From Candidatus Syntropharchaeum caldarium (lineage in GTDB: Archaea; Halobacteriota; Syntropharchaeia; Syntropharchaeales; Syntropharchaeaceae), in NCBI GenBank assembly GCA_001766815.1, contig LYOS01000002.1, forward strand, positions 354,577-386,576: 32,000 bases of DNA. Reading direction: 5' to 3'. The notes below the pieces were generated by a model, which ran no database searches, was not told the origin of the DNA, and worked only from the letters and a program-made list of their open reading frames with translations. The position numbers and the translations under genes are program-made. The stretch's first letter is position 1; each line of letters begins with the position of its first letter. This document shows positions 1 to 8,656 of this stretch, piece by piece.

Positions 1-620
1 AGATTGTGCCTGTATTGATCCCGCAACGAAAGGGCGATCCAAAGGTCTTTGATACGGATGAACGCCCTATGGAAACGAGTGTTGAGAAGATGGCAAAACT
101 TAAACCTGCTTTCATAAAGGATGGTACTGTTACCGCGGGAAATGCATCTGGTATTAACGATGGGGCTGCCGCACTTCTGCTGACATCGAGAAAGTTTGCA
201 GAGGAAAATGGCCTGAAGATAAGGGCAACGATAAAAGGGTATGCCGCAGGTGCTGTGGATCCACAGTATATGGGACTTGGTCCAATACCTGCAACAAGAA
301 AACTCATGAATAAACTTGGGCTTACAGTCGATGATATGGATGTGATTGAGCTGAATGAGGCATTCGCGTCACAGGCTATCGCATGTATCAAAGAGCTTGG
401 ACTTCCGTTATACGGTGAGAGCGATGAGTATAATGATCCAGGATCTGAGAAAGTCAACCCATATGGATCTGGAATCTCGCTTGGACATCCGATCGGATGT
501 ACAGGTGCAAGACTTCTTGTAACGATGCTTCATGAGATGGAACGAAAAGATCTAAGGTATGGGCTTGCAACGCTCTGTATCGGTGGAGGACAGGGTATGT
601 CAATGGTGCTGGAGCGCTAA
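1..620 (+). CDS. Acetyl-CoA C-acetyltransferase (thiolase), C-terminal part. The 5' end lies outside the window.
   Basis: The ORF is open to the window edge. It carries thiolase C-terminal signatures: NEAFASQ, GSGISLGHPIGCTGARLL and CIGGGQG. Confidence 0.9.
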   Translation, partial: IVPVLIPQRKGDPKVFDTDERPMETSVEKMAKLKPAFIKDGTVTAGNASGINDGAAALLLTSRKFAEENGLKIRATIKGYAAGAVDPQYMGLGPIPATRKLMNKLGLTVDDMDVIELNEAFASQAIACIKELGLPLYGESDEYNDPGSEKVNPYGSGISLGHPIGCTGARLLVTMLHEMERKDLRYGLATLCIGGGQGMSMVLER

Positions 621-631
621 TAATAATTTTA

Positions 632-668
632 ATGTTTGCCACACGCGAGGTGGCAAACATCTTTTTTT
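632..668. terminator. Hairpin plus T-tract between convergent genes; a possible bidirectional terminator.
   Basis: A perfect 11-bp stem, ATGTTTGCCAC (632-642) pairing with GTGGCAAACAT (650-660), encloses a 7-nt loop and is followed by CTTTTTTT. An A/T run lies on the other side. It sits between the thiolase stop (620) and the cytochrome stop (688). Confidence 0.55.
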
Positions 669-687
669 CTTTGTTCGATAAAAACCG

Positions 688-1524
688 TCAGTAACTGTTT
701 GTCCAGTTGTTCTGGTATGTTGATGCTGTCACATTGCTGCCTGCGGCCGAGAAGTCAGGGATTGACCAGCTTCCAGTCTCGTTCTCTGATGCTGAGAACT
801 CAAGCACGACGTTCTTTGTCCACGAGATATTGACACCAACCCCTGTATGACATCCAATGCAGGCTTCGTTCGCATCCTCCATCATGGTAACATTCTCAAT
901 TGAATCCAGTACGAACTTCTTGTGGGCTGCTAAGCTTCCTGTATCTGATGTGTTGATCGTCAGGTTGAAGCCCCCCGCTGGTGGGATGTAATACACATCT
1001 CCAGTAGCGGCATTTGCATGGCATCGACGGCAATCCTCATTATTTGTATATGCGCCCTCGTGAGCAGGCCTGTTGTTTGGATTCTGATTTGGAGCCTGAT
1101 GGCATGACCAGCAGTTAAAGCTTGCTGCATGTATCGGGGTCACGCCAGATTTATCCCCGCTGTGGCAGTACATGCAGGGAACGGTGGATGCGGCATGAGC
1201 CTCTTTTCCAGGTGTTGAACCCGTACCATCCCCAGATGCATATGTGTAATTTGTAAAGCTCGCATTCTGGCGGTAGATGGGGAACAACCTGTGACAGTAT
1301 CCACACTCCATCCTCCCATATCCGGTCTCACCTGAGTGAGCCGAGACGAGTGAGTTCATCTCATCCGCGATATCCCCATGACACTTCTCACATGGTAGAT
1401 CATTACCGCTCACATTCAGATTATACCATGAATGTTGCCCTGAAAAGAGTGCAACTGTCTGGGGAAGCGCGAATATACCTGTCATGATAACCGCAAGCAT
1501 CAGAAGCAAATGCGTCCTCCTCAT
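688..1524 (-). CDS. Multihaem c-type cytochrome with six CxxCH motifs and an N-terminal signal/anchor.
   Basis: The haem motifs are CEKCH, CGYCH, CMYCH, CWSCH, CRRCH and CIGCH. The N-terminus is hydrophobic and there are many NxS/T sequons. I prefer the ATG at 1524, preceded by GAGGTGA, over the GTG at 1533. Confidence 0.85.
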   Translation of the reverse strand: MRRTHLLLMLAVIMTGIFALPQTVALFSGQHSWYNLNVSGNDLPCEKCHGDIADEMNSLVSAHSGETGYGRMECGYCHRLFPIYRQNASFTNYTYASGDGTGSTPGKEAHAASTVPCMYCHSGDKSGVTPIHAASFNCWSCHQAPNQNPNNRPAHEGAYTNNEDCRRCHANAATGDVYYIPPAGGFNLTINTSDTGSLAAHKKFVLDSIENVTMMEDANEACIGCHTGVGVNISWTKNVVLEFSASENETGSWSIPDFSAAGSNVTASTYQNNWTNSY

Positions 1525-1558
1525 TTTTATCACCTCTATTGAAACCTATCGAGGGGTT

Positions 1559-1572
1559 GCATATAAAAAATT
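1559..1572 (-). promoter_or_regulatory. Candidate archaeal TATA box for the downstream cytochrome gene.
   Basis: The minus strand reads AATTTTTTATATGC about 40 nt upstream of the ATG at 1524, in the 119-bp gap between the two cytochrome genes. Confidence 0.3.
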
Positions 1573-1652
1573 TGTGGACATGAACGGTGTAAAATCGAGC
1601 ATCCCTAATGATTATTGGAATAAAAAGAAAAAATTGAGAGATCAGCAGTGAT

Positions 1653-2411
1653 TCAGTAACTGTTCGTCCAGTTGTTCCTGTATGTTGATGCTGTCACATT
1701 GCTGCCTGCGGCCGAGAAGTCAGGAATTGACCAGTTCCCATACTCATTCTCTGATGCTGAGAACTCAAGCACGACGTTCTTTGTCCAGGTGATGTTGACA
1801 CCAACGCGGGTATGGCATCCGATGCAGGCTTCGTTCGCACCTTCCATCAAGGACTCGTTCATCGCATCGAGCACAAACTTGCGGTGGGCTGCTTTCTCGC
1901 CTGTATCTGTGGCGGTGGTGTTATGTCCAGGGTTCGCAGGGTCTTCTATCCCGAAGCCACCGGCTGAGATGAAGTCGGAATATCCTCCACTCCAGTGACA
2001 TTTGTCACAGTTACCACTGTATTCTGAATAACTCCAGTGGTCCCATGTATAATACGAGCCATGATAGATCTCATGATAGATCCCATGACAGTCCATACAC
2101 TCGACCGTGGATGCTGCATGTGCTTCCTCGCCAGCGGTTGAACCAGAGCCCTCGCCACTGGCATAGGTGTAATTTGAAAAACAGGTTCTGTGGCACATCG
2201 CACACGTCAGATTACGATGCGCACCATTATCGCTATCTATCATCTCATCTGCTATATCACCATGGCATTTTTCACATGGAACATCATTGGGTCCTGCTGA
2301 GAGGTCATACCAGCTGTGCTGCCCTGAAAAGAGTGCTACCGACTGCGGGAGTGCGAATATTCCTATTGTAATCACTGCAACAAGCAGTAGCGAAAGATTC
2401 TTATGATTCAT
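1653..2411 (-). CDS. Multihaem c-type cytochrome with five CxxCH motifs; a tandem paralog of 688..1524.
   Basis: The haem motifs are CEKCH, CAMCH, CMDCH, CDKCH and CIGCH. The N- and C-termini are nearly identical to the neighbouring gene. The ATG at 2411 is preceded by GGAGG. Confidence 0.85.
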   Translation of the reverse strand: MNHKNLSLLLVAVITIGIFALPQSVALFSGQHSWYDLSAGPNDVPCEKCHGDIADEMIDSDNGAHRNLTCAMCHRTCFSNYTYASGEGSGSTAGEEAHAASTVECMDCHGIYHEIYHGSYYTWDHWSYSEYSGNCDKCHWSGGYSDFISAGGFGIEDPANPGHNTTATDTGEKAAHRKFVLDAMNESLMEGANEACIGCHTRVGVNITWTKNVVLEFSASENEYGNWSIPDFSAAGSNVTASTYRNNWTNSY

Positions 2412-2635
2412 CAATAGCCTCCAATATCATTGATTTAATATTATTACCCTGTGTACCCTTAATAAATATTTCGATCGCGAAAGAATAAAAAGTCCTTTCT
2501 GCACATACAATACAGATAGATTTATCATCATCCATCTCAAGTCAAAAGAGCTGGAGTTTTTAAAACAGTTCCACCTCTGGGTAACAAAGACTTAAGAAGC
2601 TGTGTGATCTTCTCTCTATAGGAAAGGGCTGATCT

Positions 2636-3562
2636 ATGAAATTCGTTGTAACAGGAGGAGCAGGTTTTATCGGCTCGAATCTGGCAGAAGAACTTGCTGA
2701 GATGGGGGAAGTCACGATCATCGATGACCTATCATCCGGGCGACTTGAAAATATCTCTGACCTGCTCGATAAGAATAATGTGAACTTTATCAGGGAAAGT
2801 ATTGCCAATTTGACGTCTCTCAAAGCACATTTTGCGGATGCTGACTGTGTATTCCACCAGGCCGCGATAGCTTCAGTCCAGAGATCGGTAGAAGATCCAC
2901 TGCTGATCGATGAGGTGAATGCAAGGGGTACGCTGAATGTTCTGATTGCAGCGCGTGATTGTGGGGTTAAAAAAGTGATCTGCGCATCTTCATCAGCGGT
3001 TTATGGCGACAGCCCGGAACTTCCGAAGCGAGAAGATATGAGTCCCTGCCCCCTCTCTCCTTATGCTGTCTCGAAGTTAACAGGCGAATACTACTGCAAA
3101 GTCTTTTCAGAGATCTATGGGATCGATACCGTCTCCCTCAGATATTTCAATGTCTATGGTCCAAGACAGGACCCCTCTTCCGAGTATGCGGCGGTTATAC
3201 CAAAGTTTATAAAAATACTGCTCAAAAAAGAGCCGCCCGTGATATTTGGAGACGGCACGCAGACACGAGATTTTGTCTTTGTTGAGGATGTTGTTAGAGC
3301 AAATATTCTGGCGATGAAACATGGTAATGTACGGGGAGTATTCAATGTGGCAGGTGGCAAGAAAATAACGATCAATGAACTTCTGAATACGATCATGGAG
3401 GTTGTGGGTATCGAGCTGGACCCCATTCATACTGAGCCAAGAGCAGGAGATATCAAAGATTCTGTGGCTGATATATCGTTGGCTAAGAACGTGCTTGGGT
3501 ATGAGCCAGCGTTCGATCTGAAAGAGGGGTTAAGTCGAACCATAAATTGGCTCAGGGAATAA
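2636..3562 (+). CDS. NAD-dependent nucleotide-sugar epimerase/dehydratase (UDP-glucose 4-epimerase family).
   Basis: It has the Rossmann motif GGAGFIGSNL and a YxxxK-type SDR core (SPYAVSKLTGE). At 308 aa its length is typical. Confidence 0.85.
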   Translation: MKFVVTGGAGFIGSNLAEELAEMGEVTIIDDLSSGRLENISDLLDKNNVNFIRESIANLTSLKAHFADADCVFHQAAIASVQRSVEDPLLIDEVNARGTLNVLIAARDCGVKKVICASSSAVYGDSPELPKREDMSPCPLSPYAVSKLTGEYYCKVFSEIYGIDTVSLRYFNVYGPRQDPSSEYAAVIPKFIKILLKKEPPVIFGDGTQTRDFVFVEDVVRANILAMKHGNVRGVFNVAGGKKITINELLNTIMEVVGIELDPIHTEPRAGDIKDSVADISLAKNVLGYEPAFDLKEGLSRTINWLRE

Positions 3563-3564
3563 AA

Positions 3565-4654
3565 ATGCCAGAAGAAGAATCATATCTGAATGAGTCGCTT
3601 CGTAAAGTTGCGAAAGGAGGGGGAATAGTTTTTGCAGGGACGTTCATCGGGTTGTTTCTTGGATATCTCTCAAGGATGGTCATTGGAAGATGGCTTGGCA
3701 CTGCTGATTATGGCCTGATCTCACTTGGATTTGCAGGGATGTCTATCGCACTAACACTTTCTATGGTTGGATTACCCGCTGGTATAACAAGATATGTATC
3801 TTACTACAAAGGTAAAAATGATGCAGGACGGATCAAGGGCACGATAATTGGGGCCTTGCAGATAAGTCTTCCCTTGAGTCTGATCTTTGCTTTTATTTTC
3901 TTCATTGGTGCTGAGTGGATCTCAACCAATTTCTTTAACAAACCAGAACTGGCGCCTGTTTTGAAGATATTCTCGATGGCAATCCCCTTTTATGTTCTGA
4001 CTCAAAACTTCCTTTCTACAACAATCGGGCTTCAGCATATGCAGTATAGCGTTTATACAGAACATATCTTCCAGAATATCTTCAAGATAATTGCGATTGT
4101 AATCCTGCTTCTTTTGGGGTTGGTGTTTCAGGGGCAGCATGGGAATGGGTTCTTGCAATTGTGTTAATGCCATTTCTGGCTTTTTATTTCCTGGAAAAGA
4201 AAGTCTTCCCTCTTTTAAAGAGCGATATAAAAGCGGTGTCCATGAAGAAGGAGCTTTTTTTATTCTCTTTCCCGCTGGTTTTCTCTGGTATTGCGGGTAT
4301 GATCACAACATGGACTGATACACTTATGCTGGGTTATTTTTGCACGGCATCGGATGTCGGGATTTCTGATACCGCGCTTTGGAATAGAGGGGGCAGCAAT
4401 TGCAACCTCCTTTTCGCTCATATTTGGAGTGACTTTCAATTTTGGTGTTGTTTACCACCTGACTAAAGTACATCATCGGTGTTACCCTCATCTCGATGGT
4501 GATGATGCTCCCGGTTTTTCTGATTCTCTACCTGATTATACTTCTACTTGTGAAAGGGTTTGAGGAAGTGGATCTGATGATAATGCGTGCGATAGATGAA
4601 AAGCTCGGGATGAATACAGGCTGGGTAAGGAGGTTAATAGGCAGATTTTTGTAA
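3565..4654 (+). pseudogene. Polysaccharide biosynthesis flippase (Wzx/PST family) broken by at least three frameshifts.
   Basis: One continuous multi-TM protein can be read only by hopping frames near 4110-4125, near 4350-4390 and near 4465-4475. The final frame ends ...VRRLIGRFL* at 4654. Confidence 0.7.
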
Positions 4655-4669
4655 AGAGATGGATCGCTC

Positions 4670-5425
4670 TCACTTTTCACTTAGCTCTGGATTTAATCCA
4701 CCTTTGACATTCTCTTCCATGAGCTTTCCTGTGACCTCCCACAGTTCCTCAGCATCCCTGTATCCAACTGTAGAAATGCCGTATATAATCGAATTTGCTA
4801 TGAGATCCTTCTCCTCACCGGGGGCGCCGATCGGTATTGGCCTATTAATCGGTATCGCCATCTGGTTCTTGGTATAGAGGACGGTGTTATTTGCCCTATC
4901 ATAACGGTATCTCTGCCGTGCATCGAACATCAGCCCATCCTCATCCAGCCGCATGGCGGAGCCATGAACCGTGATACCACGAATCGCTGTTCTCGCAGTG
5001 TCAAAGACCTCAGTCTCGATAAGCTCTTTTGCATACTTTTCAAGATCTCGCTCCCTCGCTTCCATAAGCTCTCTTCCTGAGTAGCAGATCGTATCAACGC
5101 CGCGATAACGTGTATGATACATCCTCCCCCTGAATACAGGTGTTATTGGTGAGTGGTGAACCGAGTCTGTGAACTGGATATAACGTATCTTATCCCCGCT
5201 CTGTGCACCCGGTGTTGGCTCAATGAGATCTCTTATCGGATCTTCTATCTCTTTAAGTTCATCAAGCGGTGGATGCACCGATCTGTACTGCTCTCCAGGA
5301 TTTCTGTGTCCAAGCAGCACAACGAGGTCATCATCCGATACCTCCCTCAGGCGCCTCAGTTTCGTATCCTTATCAAGGATCATTCTTCGCCTCTCGGCAA
5401 CTCTATCTGTACCTGGATAAATCAT
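4670..5425 (-). CDS. mcrG: Methyl/alkyl-coenzyme M reductase gamma subunit.
   Basis: It is 251 aa. YPGTDRVAERRR...LLGHRNPGEQY matches the McrG N-terminal pattern. The RBS GGGAGGT is embedded in the last codons of the upstream gene. Confidence 0.9.
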   Translation of the reverse strand: MIYPGTDRVAERRRMILDKDTKLRRLREVSDDDLVVLLGHRNPGEQYRSVHPPLDELKEIEDPIRDLIEPTPGAQSGDKIRYIQFTDSVHHSPITPVFRGRMYHTRYRGVDTICYSGRELMEARERDLEKYAKELIETEVFDTARTAIRGITVHGSAMRLDEDGLMFDARQRYRYDRANNTVLYTKNQMAIPINRPIPIGAPGEEKDLIANSIIYGISTVGYRDAEELWEVTGKLMEENVKGGLNPELSEK

Positions 5426-5429
5426 CTTT

Positions 5430-7094
5430 TTACCTCCCTGGTTTTATTGGATCGCGGTCGCCCTCTGGCATGAATTCCTGCTGTGTACCACGAGCGATCT
5501 CCCTGCGCGGATATTTGAAATTAAACGGTAGTTTTGAATCTGCAAACGCCACCTTTACCACCGGGCTTAAGCACCACGCATCACCACGCGCAGCATGTGC
5601 CGAGACAATGGCTGATGCAGATGTGGCAACCGTGATGGCATTTGTGGAGTCTGAAGAGAAGTTTGGACTCTTGAATTCAGGAACAAGTCCCTCGTCAGGT
5701 ATCATAGATGCCGCAAAGGCGAGGTTGAGGTGATCGATTGAATCCTGTCCACCAAAAGACCCCCTGCCCCATGCCTCTTTCATGAGATATGCCTGTGCAT
5801 AATTGTATCCTATCATTCCCGCGAGTGAATGTCCTGTTGCAAGTCCTGAACTCAAACCAGCAAGTGTTGAGAGCATTACAACCCGCTGAGCACCTCCCCA
5901 GTGGTGTTCAAGTAGAAGCGGGTAGCGATTGTACTCCTCCATCAGGTGGAAGGTCATCTCGTGGGTGACATCCCTGATCACATCAAATGACGGTTTAGCC
6001 ATGGCAAACCCACCATATCGATCTTTTATCCAGTCTGCGATATAGTTTGTCTCCTCTTCAAGGACGTTGTTTGTATATATGACCGCGCCTGCATTGACGC
6101 CACCGATACCCCCAAGCACGTAGGAGTTTACCCACATGTGGAGATAGTAGTAGATCGAGAGTGCCATGCTCTCAACGCAGTAGCTCACAGGATCCCCCTC
6201 ATTGACCGCATCTGCCTGACAGAAGTCGCCCACGTACCCATAAGGTACTCCTACAGGCTCACCAGGTCCTCTTCCTCTGCGGGGCCATGAAGGTGTCCCA
6301 AGCAGTACATACTGCATATGCTTGGATGTCAGTGAGAAATCTGCAAGTACCGCACCGCCCCCAAGTGCGTACGCAGTTATAAATGCGAGTGTGGTCTGAT
6401 TCGCCGCCCATCGGTGGACGATACCAGCGTCAGAGATTCTGACCGCGATCGTGGGAATACGTGTGGCCTGGAAGAGGCGTTTACCAATTCCTTCTTTCAG
6501 ATCTTCTGCCTGCTTCTCAGGATACTCTTTATCTATATCGATGATATACTGGTCATCGATGTGATCTAAAAGTTCATCATTTCCGCTCATGAGCTTTACA
6601 GACGCATCTTTTGTCATCGCAGGATTTATCTCTGGCATATGTTCCTGTGCAACTGCACCACCAACAATGGTGTGGTTTGCAACCTCGAGATATCTGTTTA
6701 TTGTCTCAGGTGTTACGGTTGCTCCGATTCTGACCTCGAGCATCTTGTGTGCCATATCAAGCCCTGCTATCGCGGTTCGCTTGATATCGTCCCCAAGCTG
6801 TTGCATTGCAGCGTTGTTTATCTGGTGAAGATCTTCAGCCTCACACATCGTCTCGGTTCCAGATATGTAGTATGGTTCGATGAAACGTTGTCCCAGCGGA
6901 ACACCCATATCATCCCGATCTCCTTGATAGCCCGTGAGACCGCGTTCTTTAAGAAGCTCCTTTGCCAGCTTCACATATTCCTGCTTGCGTTTTGATTGCT
7001 TCCACCCCCCAAACTGGAAGAAGGTTGTATACTCACGTGTTGCATCGTCTTCATCAAACGTTGCCATCAAAAGATCTATTGCCTTTTTTTTCAT
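5430..7094 (-). CDS. mcrA: Methyl/alkyl-coenzyme M reductase alpha subunit; highly divergent and probably of the alkyl-CoM reductase type.
   Basis: It is 554 aa with McrA hallmarks: GGWKQS, NNAAMQQ, PRRGRGPGEPVG, WGGAQR and AHAARGDAW. The active-site stretches differ from canonical McrA (see findings). Confidence 0.9.
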   Translation of the reverse strand: MKKKAIDLLMATFDEDDATREYTTFFQFGGWKQSKRKQEYVKLAKELLKERGLTGYQGDRDDMGVPLGQRFIEPYYISGTETMCEAEDLHQINNAAMQQLGDDIKRTAIAGLDMAHKMLEVRIGATVTPETINRYLEVANHTIVGGAVAQEHMPEINPAMTKDASVKLMSGNDELLDHIDDQYIIDIDKEYPEKQAEDLKEGIGKRLFQATRIPTIAVRISDAGIVHRWAANQTTLAFITAYALGGGAVLADFSLTSKHMQYVLLGTPSWPRRGRGPGEPVGVPYGYVGDFCQADAVNEGDPVSYCVESMALSIYYYLHMWVNSYVLGGIGGVNAGAVIYTNNVLEEETNYIADWIKDRYGGFAMAKPSFDVIRDVTHEMTFHLMEEYNRYPLLLEHHWGGAQRVVMLSTLAGLSSGLATGHSLAGMIGYNYAQAYLMKEAWGRGSFGGQDSIDHLNLAFAASMIPDEGLVPEFKSPNFSSDSTNAITVATSASAIVSAHAARGDAWCLSPVVKVAFADSKLPFNFKYPRREIARGTQQEFMPEGDRDPIKPGR

Positions 7095-7099
7095 GATTT

Positions 7100-8434
7100 T
7101 TAACCCCCTATCTCCTCTGCAGCCTCTGCAATTCTTGAAAGTGGATCTTTTAAGACTGGGAGCACCTCTCTGAGCTTGAAGATATGCTTTGATGTAACTT
7201 CTGGCATGTACATCTGGGTTCCGGCATCAAGACACATCGCAGCAACAGCACATGGGATTATGAAGCCCTTTGAACCTTTGGTTACAACATGCTCCCCAGA
7301 GAAGATCCCAACCTCTCCACCGCCGTAACTATTGTGTGTCAGCCATTCAAAGAGTGTGGCAGTCCCAAGCGCCCTTCCAAAGTCAACACCAGGGAGCGAC
7401 GTTGCTAATGCAAGCAGATCACTGTAGAACTGCATCGCAGACGGTACACCCTGGGCAGACCTTGACGCTCCTGCATTCTGGATCGCTGCAGCAAGGAGCC
7501 CCGCAGATGCGTAGGCGTTCCACATCGAGGCATCGTGGGTCGAGTACATCTCATATCCTGAAGGGAGCTTCTTCTCAAGCTCGATAATACCGTCTCGAAG
7601 CGCACGTTCGGTGACATCCTCGATTATATCGAGCACTGTAGCGTTCCCATGATCGCGTACAAGCTCATACACCATGTTTTTTGCGTTTAAACCCTGATAA
7701 GCCATGCCAAGCAGGTGATAACGCTTGTAAGGGCCTATCGCAGCACCTGATTCAAATGCTGCTGCATGTTCCAGCACCGAGCTTAGTGCAACCGCATCAA
7801 AAGTGCGTCTGCCAGCCAGCGCAACGATCGTATTGACAGAAGGCGTCCTGTATGCAACACCTGCCCCCTCGATATGCATTGGGAATGAGAGGAGCGTTGA
7901 GACTGCTCCACCTGAAGGGGTAACAGTCTGCGGGAACCTGCCCATGATGGCACATTTAACCATATCAACACCATCAAATATTCCAAGATTGAACTCATCA
8001 ATGATCGCATGGGCAAGTGCTGTTGCTGGAAGCAGATACGCCTGCGTATATTCTGTCCCTGTCTCAAGCATGATCGATGGTATCTGAACGATTAGCAGGG
8101 AGTCAAGTATCTCAAGTCTTGTATCATCATCATCCGCGACTTTGAGCATCTCGCGCATCCGCTCTGCGATAGAAGCTGCATGCTCTTTGATGGGCAGATC
8201 AACCTCTCTCCCAAGAATTCTGCATTCACCACCGACAGCCATCGTGTTTCCAACGCTACCGCTCTTGAGTGAAGTTTCAAGCTTATTTAAATCGATTATG
8301 GCAGTGCGTTTAAGTGTATGTAGAATCTCCCTTATCGCACTGTTTTTATAAGGGCTTAGTGCATCATAATGAATATTTTCTGCAACAGACACACCACGAT
8401 CGTTATAAATCGTAAATCTATCGCTATCATTCAT
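7100..8434 (-). CDS. mcrB: Methyl/alkyl-coenzyme M reductase beta subunit.
   Basis: McrB-like sequence runs throughout: LGMAYQGLNA, MWNAYASAGLLAA and SKGFIIPCAVAAMCLDAGTQM. I prefer the ATG at 8434 (MNDSDRFTIYNDRG) over the TTG at 8449. Confidence 0.9.
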   Translation of the reverse strand: MNDSDRFTIYNDRGVSVAENIHYDALSPYKNSAIREILHTLKRTAIIDLNKLETSLKSGSVGNTMAVGGECRILGREVDLPIKEHAASIAERMREMLKVADDDDTRLEILDSLLIVQIPSIMLETGTEYTQAYLLPATALAHAIIDEFNLGIFDGVDMVKCAIMGRFPQTVTPSGGAVSTLLSFPMHIEGAGVAYRTPSVNTIVALAGRRTFDAVALSSVLEHAAAFESGAAIGPYKRYHLLGMAYQGLNAKNMVYELVRDHGNATVLDIIEDVTERALRDGIIELEKKLPSGYEMYSTHDASMWNAYASAGLLAAAIQNAGASRSAQGVPSAMQFYSDLLALATSLPGVDFGRALGTATLFEWLTHNSYGGGEVGIFSGEHVVTKGSKGFIIPCAVAAMCLDAGTQMYMPEVTSKHIFKLREVLPVLKDPLSRIAEAAEEIGG

Positions 8435-8456
8435 GGCATCAATGTACAATCTTTTA

Positions 8457-8472
8457 TGTTATAAGGTTTTCG
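8457..8472 (-). promoter_or_regulatory. Candidate BRE/TATA for the mcr operon.
   Basis: The minus strand reads CGAAAACCTTATAACA about 25 nt upstream of the ATG at 8434. No Shine-Dalgarno sequence lies in between, which would imply a leaderless or very short-leader transcript. Confidence 0.3.
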
Positions 8473-8512
8473 AAAAAATAGTTAGTATTAAAAGTAAAAA
8501 GGCCTGAAAAAC

Positions 8513-8647
8513 TCAAGCCTTCGATTCAAGCTCTTTTATAAGCATCTCTTTCAGGGTTTTTGCATTATCTTTTGAAAGCTCAAGCTCAACCCGACCAAGC
8601 GTAATCAGCCTCGCACCGCTCCTCGTCAGATTTACTTCTATCTCCAT
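8513..8647 (-). CDS. Small 44-aa protein, paralogous to the N-terminus of the 116-aa protein upstream. It is not in the ORF track.
   Basis: My own translation is MEIEVNLTRSGARLITLGRVELELSKDNAKTLKEMLIKELESKA*. An RBS, TAGGTG, lies 7-8 nt upstream. It aligns with MEIEVYKTARGRFLLTIGRLDIELDEEDANTLKTKLE of 8657..9007. Confidence 0.6.
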   Translation of the reverse strand: MEIEVNLTRSGARLITLGRVELELSKDNAKTLKEMLIKELESKA

Positions 8648-8656
8648 ACACAACAC

